A stretch of DNA of 64,000 nucleotides from Callorhinchus milii (taxonomy: Eukaryota), in contig NW_024704745.1 in NCBI RefSeq assembly GCF_018977255.1, positions 22,568,001-22,632,000 of the forward strand, written 5' to 3'. Positions 24,114 through 36,827 of the stretch are shown piece by piece. The position numbers and the translations under genes are program-made. The first letter of the stretch is position 1; each line of letters starts with the position of its first letter. The notes under the pieces were generated by a model. It was not told the DNA's origin. It did not search any database and was given only the letters and a program-made list of their open reading frames with translations.

Positions 24114-24948
24114 TGTTAGAATTTACACTTTTTGTATAATGTTAGAATCATAATAGATGTTGCGAACGGGTTAACTTTTGAGTTAAGTGTGGGGGGGCAA
24201 CTAAACTGACAGTCATGGGATAGGACTCATCTGTTTTTCTCTGTTTTTGAAAAAATAACGGACAGGGGCAGGGGGTCCCTCTTATCAGTAAATGACAACA
24301 AGCCCACAGAGGTAACGGTCCAAGGTACCAGTCGATACAGGATCTCGACTGAGCAATAAGTCGCTAGATTCTGACAGGGCCTGCCAACCAACAGAAAGCA
24401 ACCCTCAAGAATAGCAATTAATGAGCAAGTACCAAGACCTTGGTACCATCCCGGGATACTGATAAGGAATAACCAGTCACTTAAAAGGAATGTACTAAAG
24501 ATCCCACACCACAAAATAATGAACACCAGATACAGCCCTAAACTGATCAATTCTCTATCTTAGACAATTAAGGACAATGTGTATGTGTGCTGAGGCACGT
24601 ACGCCCCATGAGGTGTTCACGTGAACCCAGCATGATTTTGGCCAGGCGACCTAATGTCCGCACCATGATTGGATGGACACAAGCTTAAGACACCGTGCCA
24701 GACCAAGATCAGCGCACGCCCAGGACAGTACCTATCGTGGATGGAAGACTGAGAGCTAGAAGTCAGAAGTAGACGACCACGAGGAGGGATTACGCGGTAG
24801 TATTGTTCTGTTAGTGAATTGATTGATTGTGCTTACTTGCCCACGCCCATCGGGAACTTGGACGGATCCTGGAGTTTAATAAACACCACTCTGGTTGCAA
24901 TCAGTGGCTGTGTTTGATTGGAACTCGAAAGGGTTTTTTTTCTTAACA
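24114..24948 (+). mobile_element. 3' LTR (835 bp) with polypurine tract
   Basis: The PPT aaggtgggga (24103-24112) precedes TGTTAGAA, and the LTR ends in TTCTTAACA (imperfect terminal inverted repeat, TG...CA). It contains an inverted CCAAT (24668), a TATA-like CTTAAGA (24684) and AATAAA at 24878-24883. Confidence 0.85.
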
Positions 24949-24974
24949 GGGAGTTGCAAGGATTCTTATGAGTA

Positions 24975-27110
24975 CAATACAAAATTACATTTGTAAAGTG
25001 CCTTTCGCCTCAGGAAGACGTCCCAAGGCGCTGAATAGTCAGAGATTAGGACACGGTGGGGGGGGGGGGTGGGGAGTGGAAATCAGGGAGAGTGGAGGGT
25101 AGAGAGGGTAGGTGGGTGGCCGAAGGTTATCGAAGAGGAGGGTCTTGAGGCATGCCTTCAAGAAGGCAAAGGGGGGGAGCAAGGTGAAGGGAATGTGGAA
25201 TGGAGTTCCAGAGGATGGGGGCAGAGAGGCTGAAGGCCCGACCGCTGATGGTGGGGCAGGCCGGGCTGGGGAAGTGGAGCAGGCCAGAGCATGCTGAGTG
25301 GAGAGTGCGGATAGGTTGATAAATGATTAGTAGGTCAGAGAGGTAGGAGCGGACAAGGCCACAGAGGGCCTTGAGGTGAGGACAAGAATTTTTAACTTGA
25401 TCCTCTGAGGGATGGGGAGCCAGTGGAGCTGGGCGAGGGTGGGGGTGATGGGGTCACGGAGCCTAGTGCTAGAGAGGACACAAGCTGCAGTGTTCTGGAT
25501 GATCTGCAGCTTGTGGAGGGAAGAGTTGGGAAGGCCAACAAGGAGGCATTGGCGTATCGAGCCTGGTTGTAATGAAAGCCATGTATCAGTGACCTGCGGG
25601 GTGAGACAGTGGTGGAATCAGGCAATGTTGCGAAGGTGGGGGAAACGCAGAGCAGGTCATGGCACAGATGTGGGGGGAAAGGACAGTTGAGATGCAGTGG
25701 TGCTGGTGTGAGCCAATCAGGAGAGCCTTGGTCTTGCTGACGTTCAACTGTAGAAAGTTGTCTCTCATCTAGGACTTGATGTCTGTCAGGCAGTCTATCA
25801 GGCCATCAGCGGTCCTGGGGTCGAGGGTTGAGGCAGAGGGATAGAGTTGGTTGTCATCCGCGTACATGTGGAAGTTGACCCCATGTCTGCAGATGATGTT
25901 ACCAACAGCTAGAATGTACAGGTTGAAGCGGAGAGGACCGAGGACAGAGTCCTAAGGAACACCAAATGAGATGGTGCGGAGGCTAAAGGAGAACCCATTT
26001 GTGGAGACAAAGTGGAGCAGGTCTGAGAGATAGGATCTGAACCATTCAAGGATGGAACCTACAGTTAAAAAGACATAGACAGGCTGGTAAAATGGGCAGA
26101 CACGTGGCAGATAAAGTTTAATGTGGAGAAATGTGAAGTGATGCATTTTGAGAGGAAGAATTAGGAGCAGCAATACAAGCGAGATGGTGCAATTTTAAAG
26201 GAGGTGCAGGAACAGAGAGACCTGGGAGTTCATATAAGCAAATCTTTAAAGGTGGCAGGACAGGTAGATAACGCTGCTAAAAAAAAAAGAAAGCATACAG
26301 AATACTAAGCTTTATAAACAGGGGCATATAATACAAAAGTCAGGAAGTTACAATGAACCTTTATAAAACACTGGTTACGCCTTAGCTGGGAGTACTGTGT
26401 TCAGTTCTGTGCACCGCAGTTTAGGAAGGATGTTCAAGGCATTGGAGAAGGTTCAAAGGAGATTTATCAGGATGATACCAGGAATGAGGGATTTCAGTTA
26501 TCAGGAGAGGCTAGGGAAGCTAGGATTATTTTCCCTAGAGCAGTGAAGGTTAAGAGGAGACCTAATAGAAGTTTTCAAAATTATGAAGGGATTCAAACAG
26601 GATAAACAAGAAGAAACTATTTCCACTGGTAGGTGGGTTGGTAACCCTAAGACACTGATTTAAAATAGTTGTTAAAAGAAAGAGGGGAGGCGAGGAGAAT
26701 TTTTGTTCACACAGCAAGTTATTCGGATCTGGAATGCATTGCCTGAAAGGATGGTGGAAGCCAATTCGATAACAACTTTTAAGAGAGAAGTAGATAATTA
26801 TTTGGGGAGGACAAGGTTGCAGGGATATGGGGAGAGCGGGGGAGTGTGATTGATTTGGATAGCTCTTTTCAAAAAGCCAGCACAGACACAATGGGCCGAA
26901 TGGCCTCATTCTGTGCTGTATAATTCTTTAATTCTAACCTTGAAGGATAAGGTGAGAGGAGAGGTGGTGGAGGAGGATAGGACAGTATTGAAGGCAGCAG
27001 AGAGGTCGAGGAGACAGATAGAGCCCTGGTCACAGATGGACAGAATGTAAATTGTCACCTTGACCAGGGCTATTTCCGTGGGCAGCATGAAAACCCAAAT
27101 GGAGGGGTTT
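24975..27110 (-). mobile_element. L2 LINE fragment (RT domain to 3' end) interrupted by a CR1 insertion
   Basis: The minus strand encodes LLDLSAAFNTV (about 27000), [20 protein letters not shown] and MRDNFLQLNVSKTKALLIG. The 3' tail is at about 24975. Confidence 0.9.
26061..26935 (+). mobile_element. CR1 LINE 3' fragment nested in L2
   Basis: Encodes the CR1 ORF2 C-terminus (WADTWQ.KFNVEKCEVMHF, EYCVQF, LRGDLIEVFKIMKG). The 3' UTR ends gggccgaatggcct...ctgtgctgt...(ATTCT)n. Confidence 0.92.
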
Positions 27111-28823
27111 ATATTATTATTATTATCATCATGAAGTAATATTATTATTATCATCATTGGGTATTATTATTGTCAGAGGTGGTCAAGAATCAGCTTCAAC
27201 CAATTGATAAATATAATGAAACTTGAAACAAGAAAAGCAGTGCCCTGCTTATTTCATAAGCTTGAGGACTCACGCTAGATGAAATGACAGTTCAACAGAT
27301 CAATTGGCAGTGATCACAGTGAAATTAATGTTATCCTTAAGTGTCTAAAATCGGTATATTCTTAAAGCTATATTTTACATTGATGACTGACATTAATACA
27401 AAACACTCTGGGAGCAGGAGATAAGAACAATCAATATTTCTGTACTTTGTCGACATGCTTGCAGCACAGTAAATTTCTATTTTATTCTGCAGGACACTCA
27501 CAGTGAGGGAAGTACTTGAAAGATAAACAGGAATTCTAATAGGATTCTCTATTCTCAAAGAACAATTAGAATTTATCTAAAATGCAACTAATTTGTGCAA
27601 GTAAGCTTAGTGCACTATGGGTTTTTAAGAGTAATGTTATCTCCATAAAACACTCCTGCAGCAAATAGTTTAAGGAAAATAATATTTTCATATAAAAATA
27701 GACTTATTTTGTGTGAGTTATCTCTAACCTTTCTGGGTCAGAGGCTTGAATGCTACAACGTTCCACTAATTCACTGTTTTACTGTCCAATAGACAAACTT
27801 TTGTCAAGCAAATATTGGATTTGCATAATAAATGTTGCTGAATTCCCAAAAATTCTTGATACAGCTGAACCGCTGGCTGGTGATGTAGATGGGTGGGTGC
27901 TTTGGAAGGACTGGTTAGGCTTGGCTGTGAATCACACCACAAGAAAATAGAAAATAAAACACCTACAGGTAAGTGGAGGGAAGATAAATGCCCTCAAAAT
28001 TGTTTCGCCCACAAAACATAGTCAATTCATTTTACAGTATATTCTGTGAAGCACTTTGAGGCGTCTCAATGACGTGATAAGGGGCTATACCAAATGCTAG
28101 GATTATTATTATTTTAATAAACAAATATAAAAATACTGCTTACTCATTGTGCTTATGGAATTTTATTTAATGATTTATTTCTTTGGTTGGTCCAACATAG
28201 AAGACAACATATATTCAAATAAAACTGTGGAGCAAGGGAGAAGTCGTGTTTCATTTATTTGTCAGTCATACCAGTCCTGATGAAAAATAAACATGTTTGG
28301 TGCAATTCACATTGCAATCAGCCATGTTGGACCTAGCTAGCTATAAAAAGTCCCTAAATTACCAATCCTTAATTTCTTTCCAATTCATCATTGTAGGAAT
28401 TTTTGTTAACTCTGAAGTGAATTATTAGAGAAATGTGCTTTATTGCATACTTAATCCTCATATTACTTGTGTACGCATAGGGATTGTTCAGATATGAAAT
28501 TAAAATACAATAATCCTTGCACTTTACTATATCAAGGACATCTCACAGGATTTTCTGTAAAGTGAAAAAAAAAGACTGTTTTTTATAGGCAACACCAGCA
28601 GCCAAATTCTGCACAACAATGTCCACAAACATCCTTGAATCAATAATCAGTATTATCTGAGGGTTTCTGGGCAGGAATTGTGTTATGGGATCTTTAACAT
28701 TCACCTGAACAGCCAGACAGAAACTCGGTTTAATCTCACATCTGAGGTACAGTACCTATGGCAATATAGCGCGAGCTAAACGATGAGCTCAAAGTCCCAA
28801 TGTGAGGCTTAAAGCCATAACCT

Positions 28824-28859
<36 letters not shown>

Positions 28860-30321
28860 GCATGACACTGAAATCAAAAGTTGCAGGTTTAAGTACAATT
28901 TGCAGTTTTGGAAGAGTGAATGTCCTGGGAGAGATTAGCTTTAGTTTAATTTATCTTGTATACCATGTAAAAAGGTCGTGTTTTCCTTAAATATTATATT
29001 TCAGCAATACTTCAGCATTTAATATATTTCTGTTCTTCCTTCAAAGCTTGCCTTAAAAATCATATTTTTTATTCCTTCTTCTCACTGGTGTTATGATCAC
29101 TAATGGCGTAGACATTCAGGGGAGGGATAGAAAAGAACAGCTGAGATATTACATGCTAAGATGTTTGTAAATTTGACAATTTGGCCTAAAAATCATATAT
29201 GGGTTGACAACCCAGTAAATTTAGCAACATGAGAAATTTCAGATCTAGATGTGAGTTAACCCATTAAAATCCCCGATATTTCAGTAGGTATTTAGATAGA
29301 TAACTGAAAAATAAAGATCCAAAGAATTATAGGGAAAGACCAAGAACATTGGAATCGAATCAAATGATAATATAACAAACAGGATTTATTAATTATGAAA
29401 TTAATGACTAATACAATGTTTATTTCCTGATGAATAATACCTGTAATACCCTTTACACACAGTTTACATACAACACAGCATTTAATACGTTTGCATAGAC
29501 CTCGTTAAAACAATGACTAATTTTCTGGTAAATTGATGCAGCTTATATATACTCGCATGTTATCCAAGATAGCATTGATCACTTTTTATTTTGAGTTCAA
29601 AAGACTGTTCTTTGACAGATGGATATGTTGCCTGAACATTTCATTTATTAATTTAGTATTAATTTCTTCAGCACTAATGATGTACAGTACACATCACATA
29701 ATGGATTTCAAGACGTTTAAGAATCTACGTAATGGAAACCAGCATTGATAAACGATGACAAGCCACAATTCATGAGCAAGAATAAAGCCACAATTCTCAA
29801 GTCAGTACATTAATGCTAGCTGAAAATGGCAAGACTATCTTGGATCACATCCTTTTTATTTGTGCAGTTTATAAATTATACATTTGGCACTCAATTTGAG
29901 AGAGAATAGGTGCGACTAGATGGTGGGCCTGATAATTACACCATTATTATATATTTATGAATCCAGAATTTAATATCACAATCTGCCAATGGGCATTTAT
30001 TTATTGAACATTTTGTAAAACTCACGTTTTAAAAAACTGTAGTTTGTGTTTTCGCGCAGGAGATTAAATAATGTACTTATTGGCATCTTAAGTGATGATA
30101 CTGGCATTAGGTAGGTATACAGATGGCCTCTTCCATCATGAACCAATTCAAAAGATATGGGACACTTTCAAAACCAGACAAACACTATACAAGATTTTAG
30201 TCATGCATTTAGTTTTGCTTAAATGTTACTTTTTAAAAAAAAAACTGTTTACACAAAATTAAGCAACGTTTGCTGGTGAATATTTTTTGTGTGTGCACCA
30301 TTTACTTCAATAGAATCCTGT

Positions 30322-30384
30322 ATTATTAAATATAATAAAGCAAATATGATTCATTATTAAATATAATAAAGCAAACATGATTCA
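30322..30384. repeat. 31-bp tandem duplication
   Basis: attattaaatataataaagcaaa(t/c)atgattc occurs twice. Confidence 0.9.
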
Positions 30385-31735
30385 CGATTCAGTTTATTGT
30401 ATCCTACTGTTTCAGTATTTTGTTCCACTACCAATATCAGTAATTCTCCTGGATCATTTTGACCAAATAATACCAGCAATTCCTTCCTCAGAGTAAGTCA
30501 GAAGAGAGAGAAAAAAGTCAGTGTTCAAGCAACAGTCTTGAGATTATAGCATCTTAGCCATTTCATCACAAATCAAATGTCAGAGTGCATGAACAGTAAA
30601 AGTAGATCTTATCCAACAAACTCAGTTTCATCCCTTTGATTTTTCTCTAATTGCCATACAATTCTCCCACAAACTATACAGTTAATTCACTTTATAGTGA
30701 ATTATGAAGCGTTTTGAGACATCTCAAAGACATGATAAGTTGCTATATTAAATGCAAGGATTATTATTATAACTCTAATATTTAAATAAAAAAGAAAATG
30801 TTTTTAAGAATGTTTTGATACGTTATTACAGCAAAACCTACAGCAATTCTTATGGATTACGGTAAAAGCAAGTTGCAAGGATTATTATTATGCCAAGATT
30901 ATGGTTGCTCTTTCAACGGAAGCCAACTACAGACTGGGTGGTAGCTATATCAAATCATTTGCAAGTCACATTAGTTAGAAATTGGGAGAGAATATTCAAT
31001 TATCAGCAGGCAGATTTGATGAACATCTCCACAAGTGACATGAACTGGCTCAGGCCACTAATTGCTCTGGCAGTGCAACAGCATTGATCACAAGGAGTAC
31101 CACAAGATCATGCCTCACACTGCTGCTGCTTGCGGAGAAATGCAAAAAGACATGGAATGCAGGAGGAGTGGGGCGATGGAGATGAGTAAAAGCAGAACTA
31201 AAAAAAATGCAGAATTTAATTTAGACCAAATTCCTAGAGCCCCACTAAAACCAAAAGCCAGACAAAATCCCATTCCATACTGACAACGAAAAGCCTCCAT
31301 GGACTGAAAACGTATGTGAACCTGTACTGCACAATTCAGTGGAAGATGGAGAGCAAGCCATGCAACTGTCAAAATAAATTCCTATTTAACAGGAGAGTTG
31401 ACAGATCAGTTTGTCATAATTTAGCTGTATACTGTTACAAACAGATGACAAGCAAATTCATGATTAACACATCATAAGAGCAAGTAGCAAGCTCGATCTG
31501 CAACTATGTGGCTCAACAGTTGCAACATTAATGTTCTCCCATTCTCCCTCCCATCACCACAATTTTCTCTCACACAAACCACCATTATAATTCTCCCTCC
31601 CTGTCAAAGGTGCTAAACTACGCAAGGTGAGGCTGCAAACATACTATCTGTCATCTATTACCTCACCCAAGGTGGTCATTCTTCACTTGTGCGCCTAAAC
31701 GAAAAGCAGATTGATGTTTCACCTCCCCTTACTTC

Positions 31736-31975
31736 AACAGCAACAAATTACATTTGTATAGTGCCTTTCATGTCAGGAGGACGTCCTAAGGCGATGGACA
31801 GTCAGGGATCCACACCCAAGCTGGTGGTTGGGATCAGAAAGGGTGGAGGGCGGGGAGGGTAGGGGTAGGAGTGTGACCGAAGACACGGTCAAAGAGAAGG
31901 GTCTTGAAGGAGACAAGGGAGGGGGCAAGGCGGAGGGACTGTGGGATGAAGTTCCAGAGGGTGGGGTCAGACTGG
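31736..31975 (-). mobile_element. L2 3' end fragment
   Basis: Starts caacagcaacaaattacatttgtatagtgcctttcatgtcaggaggacgtcc; encodes LWNFIPQSLRLAPSLVSFK. Confidence 0.85.
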
Positions 31976-32011
31976 CTGGGAATAGCAACCAATTGCAGCA
32001 CCTCAACTGCT

Positions 32012-32602
32012 GTCATTCAGAACTCTGCAGCTCGTGTACTGTCCTGCACCAGGCTTCGCGACCACATCACACCCACCCTCGCTCGTCTCCACTGGCTCCC
32101 CATCCCCCAGAGGATTGATTTCAAGATCCTCATCCTCACCTACAAGGCCATTCACGGCCTTGCTCCCTCCTACCTCTCCAACCTACTATCCCCCTACCTA
32201 CCTGCCCGTACCCTCCGTTCCTCTGGCTCCGGTCTGCTCCACGTCCCCCGCCCCAATCGCCCTACCATCGGTGGTCGGGCCTTCAGCCTCTCAGCCCCTA
32301 GGCTCTGGAACTCTATCCCCCAGTGCCTTCGCCTTGCTTCCTCCCTCTCCTCCTTCAAGGCCGGTCTCAAAACCTTTCTCTTTGACCGAGCCTTCAGCTC
32401 CCCTCTCGACTCTCTTCCCCCTCCTCACTCCCTCCCTTCCCTCCCCTCACCCTGACCATTTCCCCCTCCTCGCTCCCTCCCTTCCCTCCCCTCACCCTGA
32501 CCATTTCCCCCCTGCTCGGGTCATGACCCAACTGTGCAGCGCCTTGGGACGTCCTCCTGACGTGAAAGGCGCTTTATAAATGGAATCTTGTTGTTGTTGT
32601 TG
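32012..32602 (+). mobile_element. Young L2 3' fragment with an uninterrupted ORF2 C-terminus
   Basis: Encodes IQNSAARVLSCTRLRDHITPTLARLHWLPIPQRIDFKILILTYKA...FKAGLKTFLF. It has a 3' stem-loop, a (TTG)n tail and a 42-bp tandem duplication at about 32428-32510. Confidence 0.95.
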
Positions 32603-32953
32603 CCCAGCTCAACTAGCTCTGCATACACCAAAGCATCTTTTATATGCTTTGTCAAACAATAATTGGATCTGAGTCAGACTTGTTGCAACTAACAGATAGT
32701 CATCACACATTTCCAAGTTGCAAGCTTAACAATTTGCATTGAAAATGTACGTATAATTCTGCAGAAGTGGGTAACTTGCTCAGTCAACAGGAGAGAAAAA
32801 CTGGCAAATCTTACAAAACAACTTTTTTCCCCCCAAAAGCACCTGCTTAAAACAGCAGTGTTGGACTTTTATAGAACAGAGAGATTTCTACAACAAATAA
32901 AAATATTTGATAGCAACATTTATTGGAGAAAAGTATTTTTTGCATTTGATATA

Positions 32954-33546
32954 CAGATGGGACATTAATCCAAGGTTCTGTTTGTTTGAACGTTGAAGAT
33001 CCCATGCCACTATTCGAAAGGTGGAGGAAGTTTCAACTGTTACAATGCAGTGAAGCGATAAACTGAGATACAAGGAGTGATGAATAATGGCCAGCGCTTT
33101 TGAGGTCAAACTGACACTACATCTTGTACAGAGGAAGCTGGCTAGTCACCACTGAAAGCGTATCCATGCTTCCAGCACACCCACGCAAAAAGCTGATCCA
33201 CACTAAACTGGGAGTGTTTAATAACACGATTATCCTGTAGCATCTATAACGGTAGAATGGAGCAAAGCATTTCACGGGTAATAATAATAATCCTTGAATT
33301 TGATATGGCGCTTTTCACGTCTTCTAGACATCTCACAGCACTTCACAGAATATACTTTAAAGTGAATTGACTGCATTTTTGTGGGCAAAACAGCAGCCAT
33401 TATACTCAGAGCTAAAATAGCCATGTTAATCTAGTTCTAGAGGGTTGTGAACTAGCACCTTGGGAGAAACTTCCTCCACCTTTCGAATAGTGGCATGGGA
33501 TCTTTAACGTTCAAACAAACAGAACCTTGGATTAATGTCCCATCTG
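32954..33546. repeat. 81-bp inverted repeat pair (32954-33034 and 33466-33546)
   Basis: The arms are 80/81 identical by direct comparison, separated by a 431-bp spacer. Confidence 0.95.
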
Positions 33547-36500
33547 AAGAACAGCATCGCCACAACTCCAGCTCTGCATTGGAATGTTATCCCAGAATAC
33601 ATGACTTCTAAGTCCTGACGTGGGAATTGAACTCTCAAACTTCTGACTTAGATGAGAGTTCCACTGACTCAGCCAGGCTGACACATATGAGGCTATCTGA
33701 CGCTTATAGTATAATTATCTTAATAAAAGGACACTATTCCTGAAACTTCTGTCGTTGGTTGCAGGAGAACCCTAATTTCAAGCTGGAATAAATAAAAAAT
33801 AAATTCTGAAACCATTTTCTTGCTACAGTATACAAACTGCATTCAGTTCCATTAACAAGAATGAACAGATGAAGTGGAGGTTTATTCCTCAAATTTCACA
33901 TCAGATCATTTAGATTTTCAAACCAGTTATTTTCTGTAGACTGTACATTTGCTTTATTAGCAACATCTCTGCCTATAGCAAATAACAGCAATGACTAAAT
34001 TATTGCAATCAAGGCCATAGCATTGCATTAAAAACAAGCAATCAAAATGACTAATACAGGTATTTCCCTGAATGACAGTCATCATTTCTGCAAGTTATTC
34101 ATTTATGGTAAATTGCTACTGACATGAACTTAGTGTTTTAATCTTCCAAACTTTTGTTTTAAAAAAATGCTGTTTAGATTCATGTATCTTCTTACTGTAA
34201 TCTGAATTAACTTCATGAATAAGACCTTCACAATTAGATTTCTGAACTAAAAGATGCCATTATGTTGAAAACGTCTTCCAAGAATAATGTGAACTAAGTT
34301 TTTAATTGATTCTTCTATTCATACAACAGCTGCAAAAGTTTGAGACATTAATACTTCGAGTAACAAAAAAAACTAGAAGCATAATAGTTCAGAGTGTTTT
34401 TTTTGTACTCACTATATATATTTGCTCAAATACCAGAAGTAATTTAGTAATATGAAAAAAAAAGTGATTTTTATAGGCAGGACTTTAAATTGTGTAGGTG
34501 TGATACTGGAACACAGAACATCTGGCAAATATTTATCATACATTTAGTGAAGAACCATGATCGAGCTCCCAACTCTGAGATAATGAAAGGTGTAACGTTT
34601 ATGTTTTGCAACAATGACAGATTACAGACATAGAGCTATGCTATTGTTAGTCATGCATACAGCAAATCAGTCACATTTGTAAACCAAACTGAGTGGCCAT
34701 CCCCTTTCACTAAGCAAAACTATGGCAGATCCGCATTGAAAATAAATTCAGTACAACTGTTGGACATATACTCATCTGCTCCCCAGTAATCCCTTTCTTC
34801 TTTACCTCACGTGGTAGCTACAATCCTAGGACTGTGAAGTTGAAGCTCATAGCATTTCTGACCCGAGGAGGATTATCCAGGTTACAATAGTTCATTCTGC
34901 TAATTACTGGAGGCAACTGACCAAAATTAAAACGTCAGTCGCACAACAGGTATAAACACAAATAAGAACATGAGAAAGGGAACATGAGAAAATGTCATTC
35001 TGCCCAAATCTTAATCTCTCCGGTGCAGAGCTTTATTTTTTCTCCCAGTTTCATTCAAGGGTCTTTCACAGAAATACTGCAATACCCTGAACAGCGAGTT
35101 TCATTTATTAGAGCACCTTTCACAAAGGGAGAGTAATGTATCAAAGTGCAGGGAATGAAATGACGAGACTGCATCCACAATTCTCATACAGTGAGCCCCT
35201 TGTGTCATCGTGAAATTGTCAGGTGGATCCCAGGCACATTCACATAAAATGTGGGAAAACTACAGGACTTAATTCCCAATTTTCCTCCCACACTATTATC
35301 TTGCTGGATTGTGCCATGCATTTAGTCAGATCCTTCACTTACTGACAGCAGTAGGTTCGCTGCACAGCTAACAAAACAAATTTGAAAATGTTAAGAGCAG
35401 GCCAGCATGCCTCGTACTTCACCAGTGTTTTAATTTTGATATGGATGGGCTGATCGAGACTCCTTGTCAGGAACTGCTGGTACCGGGAAAGATATAATCA
35501 CTTTTATTTTCATGAAGGCAAAAAAAAAAACCACTCAAAATATTCTGTAAATATGCATTAGTTTACACCTTGTGAGAACAGCTTGTGAGTGCACAGGTTT
35601 CTGTATCTTATAAAATGTAGAGTAGGTGTTTGTACAGTATCGTCTTGTGTTACATTTTGGCTCTTTGGTTCCGTTTAGGAGAGGAAAGGATAATAAAAAT
35701 GGGCTGATGGGCACCCTGGACTCGATCACTCTGGGTTTTTTTAAAAATAAAAAGGGAGGATGGAGTCACTCCTGGAGTGATCAGAGTTTCTCATATATCT
35801 CTTAATCACTGTGCAATTCTCCAGCAAAGGGCTGAGGTTATAAATGGAATTTCCCCTGTGCCAAACAAAAGCTGTTCATTCAGATCTGCACACATCTGAT
35901 GTGTGTACTTGTAGTGGAAGTGGCTACACACCAGGAGCATGGGGCAAACCTCCAATGGCAAACAACAATAAGGGCTGCTTGACATCACACATTGAGAAGA
36001 GAGGATTTCTGTGGGCTATCAGACTTCAGTCTCCATTCCTGAACTGTTGCCCAGAATGGTCAGGATGGGGTCTAACCCAAACACATAGAAATCTTTTTCA
36101 ATACATCCATAAAGGGCAAAGAGCTTCTGGATAAGTGATTCTTGGCTGTCCTTCCTGCATTCTGCAGTGCGGAAGCGATGAGGTTACCTCTATACTTACC
36201 ACTTAATCTGGCGACCTAGGGCTCATTTAGGCATCTGCTACATGAAGGGGGAAAGGTGTATAGGCTGGCATATGCCTGCAATGATTTTAATTCATGGGTA
36301 TAATATCCAAGGCATCTGTAATTTCTGTTTCTTTTGGCTTTTTCCTTTCCATTAAAGATTTTCTTATTTATTTAAACAGCGGCCTTGATAAGCACAAGTT
36401 GTACGATTGTCAAATGCAACTGGCTATGTAACTGTGGGCATTTGCGTACACTTTTTCTGATCCTCTACTTCATGCAGCATTTTCTGTTAAGCTATGCATT

Positions 36501-36827
36501 TGAACAGAGTTAAATAAAGTCAAACTTATTCATCCTTAAGATGAGTATTTAAAAATGTGTGGCAGAATCCCAGTTTAAAATAGCCAAGTTAAGGGAATCC
36601 CTGTCTAAGTGAAAAACACACCAAAAAGAATATCCATTTGCATAGGTTACCTGAAGGCTGCTAGAACCTGTGAAATTATCTTTCAGTTATGGAGCCATTC
36701 TTATCTCCTTGAAGGCCTGAAATCCCACATTCAAGCCTGTCAGACCACGGAAATTGCTTCAATTCAATCTTAATTGAAAGTCAGTTGTCCATAGTTCTTT
36801 TAATAATTCCTACAAAAAAATGTGCTT

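Larger units (their letters stand above)
19086..24948 (+). mobile_element. Decayed endogenous retrovirus-like LTR element (lokiretrovirus-like pol), 5' LTR missing, RT and most of env deleted
   Basis: Domain order is gag (MHR, CCHC) - PR - RT stub - tether - RNase H - IN - splice acceptor/env stub - PPT - LTR. Several in-frame stops and frameshifts are present. The element class is well supported; the lineage assignment is an inference. Confidence 0.92.

Noticed and set aside
19086-24948. Calling the LTR element an ordinary Ty3/gypsy retrotransposon or an intact, active provirus
   Set aside because: The second retroviral-type RNase H and the post-pol acceptor/ORF argue against a plain gypsy element. 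The missing RT, missing 5' LTR and multiple stops exclude autonomy.
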